This document shows, piece after piece, positions 1 to 8,916 of a stretch of DNA of 64,000 nt. Under the pieces are notes generated by a model that had not been told where the DNA came from, ran no database searches, and worked only from the letters and a program-made list of their open reading frames with translations. The DNA comes from Candidatus Helarchaeota archaeon (GTDB lineage Archaea > Asgardarchaeota > Lokiarchaeia > Helarchaeales > RDOG01), in contig JAHPZH010000008.1 of NCBI GenBank assembly GCA_019058315.1, forward strand, positions 1-64,000, read 5' to 3'. Positions within the stretch are counted from its first letter, which is position 1. Each line of letters opens with the position of its first letter. The position numbers and the translations under genes are program-made.

Positions 1-1
1 T

Positions 2-64
2 AAAATAATTTTAATACCTGTAAAAGATATTTCTGAAATTGAATCAAAAAATAAAGGAAAATAA
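2..64 (+). CDS. 3' end of a gene truncated by the window edge (...KIILIPVKDISEIESKNKGK*)
   Basis: Open frame from position 2 to TAA at 62-64; too short to assign. Confidence 0.35.
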   Translation, partial: KIILIPVKDISEIESKNKGK

Positions 65-474
65 AATAGCTAAAACTTTTGTCCTAAAAGCGCGAAATTT
101 TTAAGGAGATCTTTTTGGTTAAATTACTATTTTTAGAGAGATTCTTTACATAAGCAACATTTTAGATTTTTTTGTCGATTTCGCCCTTTTTTATTTTTTA
201 TACTTTTGAAATAAACATCATTGTTTTTATAAGTCATTTTTGTCCTAAATATAAATCTAGAAATACATAAGTTGATTCAGATATTCTAGAATATGTAAAC
301 CGCCAGAAAATCCAAAAAATATATAATAAAGTTAAATGATATATGATTAAATAAAGAATATTCTGTTTGAACTTGAATTTATTCACTATACAAAATTTAT
401 CAATTAAAAAAAAATGTGAAAAAAAGATTATAATAGAATATTTAAAAATTTAAAAAATTATTGGACTGATACAT

Positions 475-1737
475 ATGAATTATCAAGATAAAGAGCTAAT
501 TCGAAATAAAAAAAGGATACATTCGGTTTTTTATGAGGGGAAATTAAATAGATGTCCACTTCATGAAGAAGTTAATACAGTATGCCAAAAAATTGACTTA
601 ATAAAAGAGAAAATTGAGTCCAATAAAATCCATGGTTTTTTTATGTATCAATTCTCAAAGAAATCTAGATGGTTTAAAAGACCAGATAAAAAATATCAAA
701 AAGAAATAAATAAAATTAAAGAATTAATCAATGAAATTAATAAAGATCCGATTGTTAATATAGAATTTTTGCCAAGAACTACTACTTTTGATGTAAAAAC
801 TTGTGAATTTTGTAAAATTATTAGATCATCAGATTTTGGTTTGGCTCTTTTAACTCCATGGAATCCTAATGTTTATTTAGAAATAGGGATGTTTCTTTCA
901 TTAGGAAAAAAAGTAATTTTTTTTAATAATGAGAAGATATCAAAAAAAGCTCCTTTTGATATAACTCCTTATTTTTATTTACCATTTAGTAATTTATTAG
1001 AGTTGGAAACAAATTGGAATCAAAATATACCCCACTTTATTGAGCGATTAAAAAATTTTTATTTAAAACCCACTATTGAAGAACTTATTCTGCTCATTCC
1101 AGATAAAGAAGGATACAAATTAGTTGAAAAACTAGTTCGTGAAATATATAAAAATTTTCTAGATGGTGTACATTGGAAGGTATATTGTAAGTCTAAATTT
1201 TTAATATGTTATTTATTGACAATAGGAAGAGATTTTTCAAAAATGGGAACTGAACCTAATTTAACAACTTTAACTGGAGATTTTTCTGAGATGGAAGTAA
1301 GAAATTTTCTTTTTTCGGATATTATTGATTCTGCTTCAAATTTAGGATTTCCTGAAATTATTCCAAAACTAAAAGAGATCGCGGAACTGATTCGAAAACT
1401 TAATATTAAAGAAATAATTTTTCAGTGGACAGATAATAAAATTATTGACGAAATTTTAAAAGATTATATTGAACAAAATTTTCATCCAAAACAACATGCA
1501 AGATTCAATTTTAAATTTTTAAATCATCATGAAGGATGGATAAAAGAATTTGGATTTGAACAAAAGGAATGGCTTGCTAATCATAATCTCTTGAATAAGG
1601 ATAACGAGGAAAAAGAGGAATATTATCAAAAACTATTAATTGATTGTAGAAATAAAATTACTAATTCAGTTGCAAATGAAATGATGGATTTAGCATTTTA
1701 TTTTTTCGAGAAATTTTTCAAAAAATATTCCTTATAA
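475..1737 (+). CDS. Protein with nucleoside 2-deoxyribosyltransferase-like (NDT/TIR-like Rossmann) domain plus uncharacterised helical C-terminus
   Basis: Motif IIRSSDFGLALLTPWNPNVYLEIGMFLSLGKKVIFF...APFDI matches the 'I..sD..ia.l...npNVy.ElG.a.algk.vi' pattern of NDT-like domains. Confidence 0.65.
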   Translation: MNYQDKELIRNKKRIHSVFYEGKLNRCPLHEEVNTVCQKIDLIKEKIESNKIHGFFMYQFSKKSRWFKRPDKKYQKEINKIKELINEINKDPIVNIEFLPRTTTFDVKTCEFCKIIRSSDFGLALLTPWNPNVYLEIGMFLSLGKKVIFFNNEKISKKAPFDITPYFYLPFSNLLELETNWNQNIPHFIERLKNFYLKPTIEELILLIPDKEGYKLVEKLVREIYKNFLDGVHWKVYCKSKFLICYLLTIGRDFSKMGTEPNLTTLTGDFSEMEVRNFLFSDIIDSASNLGFPEIIPKLKEIAELIRKLNIKEIIFQWTDNKIIDEILKDYIEQNFHPKQHARFNFKFLNHHEGWIKEFGFEQKEWLANHNLLNKDNEEKEEYYQKLLIDCRNKITNSVANEMMDLAFYFFEKFFKKYSL

Positions 1738-1780
1738 TCAACCTTATAATTCTTCTATCTTAGGTTCCAGACTTAAACTA

Positions 1781-1993
1781 ATGAAAAATGTAAAAATAAG
1801 AACAGATGGAATAAATAAATTAGTAGTGTTACATGATGATATCTATATTACTAATGAATTAGGTGTTAAATTGATAGATTGTGTAATTGACGGGCAGAAG
1901 ATTTGCGAAATTTCAAAAAGCTTAGAGATATCTACTAATGACTGTTTAGAATTCATAATAAGGTTCGTGATTTATGGTATATTACAATTATGA
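1781..1993 (+). CDS. Small PqqD/RRE-like winged-helix protein
   Basis: 70 aa; beta-rich N-terminus then NELGVKLIDCVIDGQKICEISKSL...CLEFIIRFVIYGIL, resembling PqqD 'N..G..I..l.dg...i.EI...l.....v.eFl..l...Gll'. Confidence 0.5.
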   Translation: MKNVKIRTDGINKLVVLHDDIYITNELGVKLIDCVIDGQKICEISKSLEISTNDCLEFIIRFVIYGILQL

Positions 1994-4900
1994 TATCGTC
2001 TTATCTTCATTAAAAATTTCCTCATATATTTCAGTTGCCATGTCACACAATTCTTCATCGTTTCTTAATATTTCAAACAATTTTTTAAGTTTTGGATTTT
2101 TAACATCTTTTAATTCGATTAAATTACATACCAAGTAATTTTTTATGGGATAATATCTATCTTTAATAAATTCTGTCAATAACGGATAGACTTTCTCAAA
2201 ATATTTTTTCCCAATTTCTATTAACGCTTCAATAACTGCACCACGAACGTGTGGGTTTTCATCTAATATAACAATTTTCAATAAATTAATCACTTCTTCT
2301 GGAAAAGACTGTCCTAATTTTCCTAATCTATTAGCTGTTATAATTCTCACAAAAGATTCCTTATTATGTAAGAAATCAATAAGTAATGGTTTAACATCGT
2401 TAAAATGCATCTTTCCGATTTCGATAATACTTTCAATAATAGCATTTTGTACTTCCTTCCATTCTATTCCCGTTCTGATACAGTAACTTGTATTTTCAGG
2501 GTCTTCAAATATCTCTTGAAACAAACTTAAAATTTTCTGGGGTTCATATATTGCAAATTCACGGAGAAGATTAATAGTTAATTCATAAGACTCTCTCTTT
2601 TTTATAGCTTTTTTAAAGAATGGAGAAGTCTTATTTATCTGTTTTACACCAGTAACATATAAAATAAATAATATATTTGAAATAATACTTGGAACAACCA
2701 TTGGATCTTCATTTTGCATAATTCGTTCCAAGGTTGGAGAAATAAGTTCGAAATTTTCTTTTCCAATTTTTCCAAATATATAAGAGATAATTTCTCGCGT
2801 TGGAACTTCAACTTCCAAGAATAAATCTTCAAATAGTGGAATTAAGAATACTACATCATCAAAATAATGTTCGAAAATCGCTTCAAAAATTCCCTCCCAG
2901 TATTGTACATGACCATAAATTATTTTTTCTCCCCGCAATTCAAAATAGGGCTTAGTTCTTTTTAAGAAATGTTTTATATTAATTCTTTTTAATTGGCTAT
3001 ATTTTTCAAGTAATTTATTAATAATCCGCAAATAGAAATCTTGAAAATAAGTCAAGGATAAATTTGGAATAAAACAAAGTGTTAAAAGTAAGACCCTTTC
3101 ATTAAAATTGAAATCACAAAACCAATTTTTAACCGTTCTTTTAATATATTTTGCATTTTCAATTGCTTTATGTAAAGTGAGTTTATCTGTTAAAACTTTT
3201 TTCAATTCCTCTTCGACAAATTCTTTATAATTATGTGGAAACCTCAAGTTGTGAATAATATCATTTTTTACTTCATTGGCATAGTTATATTCTTTCTTGT
3301 CAATAGTCTTCTTTTTAAAATAATATTTTAAATGATTTTCTAAAATCTGATATAAATGATTATCTGAATATGATTTTTCTACCTCCAGAACAACACTTAA
3401 ATCATCAATTTTCGATTTTGGATATTCAGCAAATCTTGTCCTTCTTCTCTTAACTGATTCTAATATTTCAACTCTTGTGGTCAGAATGACATAGTTATTA
3501 AAAATGGGATTTGAAATATTTAATATTCTTCTAAATTTATCACCTTTTGAAAGATCAAGAGTAGTACTACCAAAATAATCATCAAAAATTATAATTGCAT
3601 TTCTAAAGGCATTATAGTCTATATTTGAGCTGGGTTTAATAAAAAATAATTGATTTATATTTTTATTTTTTTGTTTTATATCAAATGCAAGATACATTGC
3701 AGTTGCAGTTTTTCCAATATTTGCTGGTCCTGATATAAGTAAAAATCTATTTTTTAATAATTTTTCAATCATACTTTGATAACCTTCAGGCTTGACGTAT
3801 ACATCTTCTACTCTTCTATAATCGATATAATCGGGATGCTTATCATTAAGTTCTAGTGTTTTTAATTGCTCACTCAATTCTATTTTTAATTCTTTCTTTG
3901 CAACCTTTGAATCGGTGAAATCTAAAGTCTTAATTGAATGTAAAAGAAATGCCCCCACCACATCCGCTGCATAAGGTTGCCATTTTTTATCGTGATCAGG
4001 TTTTTTATATGTATCACCAAAATCTGAAATTGCCCTTACTACCAAGATTTCGGGTCTGACTTCCGTAATTCCTCGGAGTATTGGGTATGCTGCGCCTGCG
4101 CTCTCCATCTCAACCCCTGCGATTTTAAGACTCTTCAATTCTTCAGAAAGGTATTTTCTAAGATTTGATTCTGGATCTCCGCTAATCTTTTCACCACTTG
4201 CAATTGAATACGCCCAATGGCATGTTTGAATATTTTTATTTTCTTTAGGTCTAGAAATCGTAATTTCATCAGTCCAATTTGGATTAGTACCCTCAAAATA
4301 TGATCTTAGTCGTTGACGAACCCAGCTACTTGCGGGATAAACTCTAGGTCTATAATCAATATTCCCATTTTGTTCTTTCTGAATTTCATAATAAATTATC
4401 TGGTCTGCAACAATAATATCACCTAATTGAAGGTGAGAGAACCTTTCCTTTAATCCACCAGCAATTCCACATACAATAAAAATTTTTGGTTTAAATTTGT
4501 TTAAAAATTTAGTTGTCAAAGTACTTGCTGAAATATTTCCGTACTCTGGTAGCGAATAAATCGCAATTCTTATTTTTTGCCCATTAAAATTAGTAATTTC
4601 CCCAAAATTTACAATATATTCTCCAAACTGGGCAATTTCTTCAACATTTTCAAGTCTATTAATTATTGGTTTCAATTCTAAAATCATTGGTGTCAATATT
4701 AGGATATCAATACTTTGTTCTTTATCCAAAATCCCTTCATTTTTTTCTATAAAGACTTCATGTATTGCACCTATACCTCTGTTGTAGATTTTTTCATGTT
4801 CTTCACTTAAAGAATTATCCTCGAGTTCTAGTTGATCTAATTTAACAAGTCCCATTAATCCCCCTATTTTAGTGATTCGATTTGATTTTAAATATAAATG

Positions 4901-5548
4901 TTTTAATTCTAAATTTTTACTTAACCCTTGTATTTTTCTAATTTTATTTCCCCTAAAATTTAACACTTTTAATTGTGCCAAATTTTCAATACCTTGTATC
5001 TTAGACAAATGGTTGTTATTAATGTGTAATCTTTCTAACCGTGATAAGTTTTCTAATCCTTCTATTTGCGTTATTTGATTCCAACCTAAGTTTAATTCTT
5101 GTAAATTAGGAAGGTTTCTTAAATTTTCAATTTTTTTAATTTCGTTTTTATAAAGCCATAATATTTCTAATTTAGCTAAATTATCAAATCCCTCTATTAT
5201 ATTTATTTTGTTATTGTTAAGGTCTAAAGTAATTAAATTATTTAGCTTTTCTAGACCCTCTATTTTATTAATGCTATTTCCTCCCATGTATAATTTTTCT
5301 AATCGTGAAAGTTCGTCTAACCCTTCAATTTTTCTAATAGAAGTCATACTTAAATTTAATTCTTTTAATTTTGTAAAAAAACGAATATCTTTTGGAATTC
5401 TTTTTAAAAGAATATAACACAAATTGAGACTGATTACAAAGTTCTTTTTATCAAATGCAAAATTTTCAGACTTTAGATTAAATTTTTTAATTATTTTTTT
5501 TATGTACTTCTTTTCAGGATATTTTTTATAATCTATCACTAATATCAC
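1988..5548 (-). CDS. Multidomain LRR - PNP/MTA-SAH nucleosidase - STAND NTPase (nSTAND3-like) - HEAT repeat protein
   Basis: ~9 SDS22-type LRRs (LxLxxNxIxKIEGL, aa ~60-250); PNP_UDP_1 motifs GIAGG, LGDIIVA, IASGEK, VEMESAG, VRAISD; Walker A GPANIGKT; Walker B IIIFDDYFG; C-terminal HEAT repeats (SFVRIITANRLGKLG, PHVRGAVIEALIEIG). Confidence 0.85.
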   Translation of the reverse strand: MILVIDYKKYPEKKYIKKIIKKFNLKSENFAFDKKNFVISLNLCYILLKRIPKDIRFFTKLKELNLSMTSIRKIEGLDELSRLEKLYMGGNSINKIEGLEKLNNLITLDLNNNKINIIEGFDNLAKLEILWLYKNEIKKIENLRNLPNLQELNLGWNQITQIEGLENLSRLERLHINNNHLSKIQGIENLAQLKVLNFRGNKIRKIQGLSKNLELKHLYLKSNRITKIGGLMGLVKLDQLELEDNSLSEEHEKIYNRGIGAIHEVFIEKNEGILDKEQSIDILILTPMILELKPIINRLENVEEIAQFGEYIVNFGEITNFNGQKIRIAIYSLPEYGNISASTLTTKFLNKFKPKIFIVCGIAGGLKERFSHLQLGDIIVADQIIYYEIQKEQNGNIDYRPRVYPASSWVRQRLRSYFEGTNPNWTDEITISRPKENKNIQTCHWAYSIASGEKISGDPESNLRKYLSEELKSLKIAGVEMESAGAAYPILRGITEVRPEILVVRAISDFGDTYKKPDHDKKWQPYAADVVGAFLLHSIKTLDFTDSKVAKKELKIELSEQLKTLELNDKHPDYIDYRRVEDVYVKPEGYQSMIEKLLKNRFLLISGPANIGKTATAMYLAFDIKQKNKNINQLFFIKPSSNIDYNAFRNAIIIFDDYFGSTTLDLSKGDKFRRILNISNPIFNNYVILTTRVEILESVKRRRTRFAEYPKSKIDDLSVVLEVEKSYSDNHLYQILENHLKYYFKKKTIDKKEYNYANEVKNDIIHNLRFPHNYKEFVEEELKKVLTDKLTLHKAIENAKYIKRTVKNWFCDFNFNERVLLLTLCFIPNLSLTYFQDFYLRIINKLLEKYSQLKRINIKHFLKRTKPYFELRGEKIIYGHVQYWEGIFEAIFEHYFDDVVFLIPLFEDLFLEVEVPTREIISYIFGKIGKENFELISPTLERIMQNEDPMVVPSIISNILFILYVTGVKQINKTSPFFKKAIKKRESYELTINLLREFAIYEPQKILSLFQEIFEDPENTSYCIRTGIEWKEVQNAIIESIIEIGKMHFNDVKPLLIDFLHNKESFVRIITANRLGKLGQSFPEEVINLLKIVILDENPHVRGAVIEALIEIGKKYFEKVYPLLTEFIKDRYYPIKNYLVCNLIELKDVKNPKLKKLFEILRNDEELCDMATEIYEEIFNEDKTIS
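4742..5548 (-). repeat. Copy A of duplicated ~270-codon LRR module (inverted partner at 20733-21539)
   Basis: Gapless protein alignment from MIL..DYKKYPE to RGIGAIHE.FIEK; 40-nt identical stretch 5049-5088 (rc) = 21193-21232. Confidence 0.9.
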
Positions 5549-5647
5549 AAATTTTTAATTTATGGATACAATGTATTCAGATTTTTTTTCCAAATTTTTT
5601 GACAATCCCCAACCTATAAAGAGTGAAAATGTATTTATGAACTTATG

Positions 5648-6724
5648 TTATTTAAATTGTCCAAATAACATAAATTCAATTCTTTCTGTAAGCTCGTGAA
5701 ACCCACAAGCAATAGAAATCCTTAATGCTTCTTCTAGACAATCAAGTGCTCTTTTTAATTCGTTCATTTGCTGAAAAATAAGAGCAAGAATAGTAAGTTC
5801 TTCAACTACATCTTCCATATTTCGTTCCCTGCGATCTTTTTCTAGGATTTTTTCAAAATATTTTAATGATTCTTCGAAATTATCATTAAATAGAGAAACA
5901 AACCCATTCATAAACTTATCAAATTTCCCTTTATTATGTTGATATTCATGATCTTGTGGAATAAACACAAAAATAAGAAGAATTATTATTGTGATGAATA
6001 AAAGACGTAACTTTGCATCAGCTAAGTCTACTATTGTATAAATACTTGAACTCTTAGTTGTCAATTGAAATTCATCATTGTTAATTATTTTAATACAATC
6101 AAGTGAAGGAATATGGTAAATGTCCTCGCTCGTTAAATCATTTAATAGCTTTATAAATTCCCCATTAATATTAAATAGTATTTTCATAGCGTTTTCATAA
6201 TTTAATTCCCCAATTTTATCGACTTCACCATCTGATAATATGATTTTTGCGATTTTTATTAGTACAAAAGCAAATATTTCTTTACAATCAAGGAAAATCT
6301 CGACCTCATCTTTTAATGCCGTTTTACGTTGAACTGTTTTTTGATGGTCATTTATATAATCTACTAACTTATCATATTTTGAAAAAAAGAAGTTTGACTC
6401 TTGTTCTCTAACTTTCATTTGATTTACAAAGGAATCTTCAAAATATTTATTAATTAAATCATAAATTTCTCTCGGTGTCAATTCTCCAAAAATATCAGAA
6501 TCTTCTTCAGAGTCTAACCAATCGATTTTCAATTTTTGAGCTGGTCTCTTATAATAATTAATAAAATCCTTGAGATATTCTCGAAATGGTTCTTTAAATT
6601 TATTATAATCAATATTAACATCATCGAAAGAGTTTTTTTTATTATTTCTCTTCATACAGCATTTTTTATATTTTTTTCCACTACCACATGGACAGGGGTC
6701 ATTTCTTTTTACCATTTTGTTCAA
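5648..6724 (-). CDS. SEC-C zinc-motif protein with C-terminal TPR-like repeats
   Basis: RNDPCPCGSGKKYKKCC SEC-C motif; C-terminal FEESLKYFEKILE / LKRALDCLEEALRIS TPR-like helices. Confidence 0.75.
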   Translation of the reverse strand: MNKMVKRNDPCPCGSGKKYKKCCMKRNNKKNSFDDVNIDYNKFKEPFREYLKDFINYYKRPAQKLKIDWLDSEEDSDIFGELTPREIYDLINKYFEDSFVNQMKVREQESNFFFSKYDKLVDYINDHQKTVQRKTALKDEVEIFLDCKEIFAFVLIKIAKIILSDGEVDKIGELNYENAMKILFNINGEFIKLLNDLTSEDIYHIPSLDCIKIINNDEFQLTTKSSSIYTIVDLADAKLRLLFITIIILLIFVFIPQDHEYQHNKGKFDKFMNGFVSLFNDNFEESLKYFEKILEKDRRERNMEDVVEELTILALIFQQMNELKRALDCLEEALRISIACGFHELTERIEFMLFGQFK

Positions 6725-6738
6725 TCCTTTATTTTTTG

Positions 6739-7617
6739 TTATATCTTATCAATCAATCTTCCACAATATTCACACCTGCAAGGTGGTCTTGTTTCTAGCG
6801 GAGCACCGCATTCGGGGCATTTTACACCAGAAATTATGGTTTCTCTTGGTTGAGAGGGGGTCGTTGAAACTATAGGTGTGCTTTCCTTTTCTACCACACT
6901 TTTCCGCCGAGTTATTATCAAAATTACTGCTATTATAATACCTATTAAGGCAATAATTCCGATTATAACTCCTAATAGAAGGGGAGTCGAATTATTAGTT
7001 CCAATTAGATTGCTTAATAAAATAAGTGTCATCAGATCTGTATATGGATCTGGTAAATCCCCAATAAACCCCACTTTGTAATCCAATGAGAGTATTGGTA
7101 TGCTTATACTTAAAGCATGAATAACCAAATAATATGTATCAACTACCGTTATTTCATAGTTCATCGAACCATAAGATTCGTAAGGACCGCCACCCACATT
7201 ATCACAATATATTTCCACTAAAGGTGTGTATGGTTGAGCTGCTTGAAGCTGTGCATATTGTGCTGAATTAAGAAATTCTATATGTAATAGACCAGTTCCA
7301 GTTACCACATTTTGGCAATAAAACGTTAAATTATCCCCGACTTGAAAATTGGAGACATCATAATCAACTGAAATTGCAGAGGTTAAAGAAGCCCAATAAT
7401 AAGTGGCATTACTAATATTTTCATGAATATAGTCGCCAACATATAATTGTTTAAAAAGAGGGTAATATTTCGCATTTGAGCTAAGTAGATAGTCCGACTT
7501 TTCCGAAATTAGTGTTATAGGATTCATTGAAGACATAATCAAAGGTAGTATTGGTAATATAATTAATAATAGACCAATTAATTTCTTATTTGTACCAATT
7601 TTTGGTATTCGACCCAT
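6739..7617 (-). CDS. Membrane protein: N-terminal signal/TM, extracellular domain, TM, cytoplasmic zinc ribbon
   Basis: Hydrophobic LIGLLLIILPILPLI; TM LLLGVIIGIIALIGIIIAVILII followed by RRK; C-terminal CPECGAPLETRPPCRCEYCG; SD GGAGG upstream. Confidence 0.7.
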   Translation of the reverse strand: MGRIPKIGTNKKLIGLLLIILPILPLIMSSMNPITLISEKSDYLLSSNAKYYPLFKQLYVGDYIHENISNATYYWASLTSAISVDYDVSNFQVGDNLTFYCQNVVTGTGLLHIEFLNSAQYAQLQAAQPYTPLVEIYCDNVGGGPYESYGSMNYEITVVDTYYLVIHALSISIPILSLDYKVGFIGDLPDPYTDLMTLILLSNLIGTNNSTPLLLGVIIGIIALIGIIIAVILIITRRKSVVEKESTPIVSTTPSQPRETIISGVKCPECGAPLETRPPCRCEYCGRLIDKI

Positions 7618-7719
7618 TTTTTTTCCTCCACTTGTATTTATAATTCTTCATATTAATAAAATTTAATAATAATTGAAGTTTTAACAAATTATTTTCTAAT
7701 GTGTTAAATAAAAGTATTC

Positions 7720-8916
7720 TTAAGCATCAGGAAGCCAAAATTCTATACAATAATCTTCTAATAATTGTATTTTCTCTGTTTTTGTCTTTAATTTTTTAAA
7801 TTCACTAACTAAATCAAGACCAGCTCTTTTTCTTTCAAACTCATTCGAGTAAAAAGGGAGTCTATATCTGATACATATATTTTGGCGTCGAATATGTCTT
7901 CCAAACTTTCTTACTTTACGATCATTCCACCCAGTCTTTTTATGTATATAGTAAGAAGTGTCCTTCTGATATTTTCGATGTCCGTCAAATTTATCATATG
8001 TCTGGTCTAATGGTCGATACCGACAATTTGTAATTTGAATTTTCCATTCCCAACACTTTTTTCTTTTTTTTTCCATTTCTTCAAAGGGTATCTCAAAATT
8101 ATATAACATAAATATAGATATTTCTCTTTTTGGAAATTTCGCTTCTAGCAATAAATCGATTTGTTCTTTTATTTCTGGATATTCATCATATCCCCTATCC
8201 CAAGCTATCTTAGGGTATACAAATCCTGCCTTTTTTAATTTTTTAGCAAGATATGGTTTTTTCTGAAGAATTTTTCCATCAAAGCCACATTGTGCCTCAC
8301 ATCTCTTAATCTGTCCATGTGTCTTTAAAAAAATTAGCTCATTTAAAATCCTTGATATATGGGGATTACCCAATAGATTATCATCATAAAACAAAACAGT
8401 ATCCTTAAAAACTTCTCCATCAATAGAAGCCTTACATTTAAACTCCGGTTCAATCTTCCAGGCTCCACAATATGAACATTTTCTGATACAACCTCTACTA
8501 GAATGTAAAATTTGAGTTTTATTTCCATTTCCTAATAATTCATACAATGGAATACATTTTTCAGCCTCTTCATGTCTCCCGACAAATACTTCATCACATT
8601 GAGTATATTCCTTACAATGGTGCGGCATCAAAGTTGCATATATTCCACCAACAATAATTTTTGCATCTGGAAATAATGAACGATAATGACTTACTGCCTC
8701 TTTTACATATTTAGACCAATATGTATATTCTGATGTAACATTGATTTCTTGGGGATTGAACGGAATTTCATTTATATCTAATAGACCTCTTGCTAAATAA
8801 ACTACATGGTTTTGCTTTTCATGATAAGCTCCAAGTTTTAATAATCCAATAGGAATATGTTTATTTCTTTGTTTCCCAGGTCTTGGAAATTTGGGCTCAA
8901 CCAATAAAATATTCAT
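7720..8916 (-). CDS. Cobalamin-binding radical SAM protein, last gene of DISARM-like operon
   Basis: B12-binding N-terminus (ILLVEP...PIGLLKLGAY...IIVGGIYAT); SSRGCIRKCSYC CxxxCxxC motif; FYDDNL; start overlaps drmE-like stop (ATGA 8913-8916). Confidence 0.85.
   Translation of the reverse strand: MNILLVEPKFPRPGKQRNKHIPIGLLKLGAYHEKQNHVVYLARGLLDINEIPFNPQEINVTSEYTYWSKYVKEAVSHYRSLFPDAKIIVGGIYATLMPHHCKEYTQCDEVFVGRHEEAEKCIPLYELLGNGNKTQILHSSRGCIRKCSYCGAWKIEPEFKCKASIDGEVFKDTVLFYDDNLLGNPHISRILNELIFLKTHGQIKRCEAQCGFDGKILQKKPYLAKKLKKAGFVYPKIAWDRGYDEYPEIKEQIDLLLEAKFPKREISIFMLYNFEIPFEEMEKKRKKCWEWKIQITNCRYRPLDQTYDKFDGHRKYQKDTSYYIHKKTGWNDRKVRKFGRHIRRQNICIRYRLPFYSNEFERKRAGLDLVSEFKKLKTKTEKIQLLEDYCIEFWLPDA

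Noticed and set aside
70-300. Short repeats (TTTTGTCCTAAA twice, TCTAGA pairs) as a possible mobile-element end or att site
   Set aside because: No matching copy recognised at the other island end and no recombinase in the window.
4872-5417. Antisense ORFs over LRR regions (also 20750-21583, 24855-25040) and other short ORFs nested in long genes
   Set aside because: Shadow frames of repetitive or codon-biased real genes; no independent motifs or SD signals.
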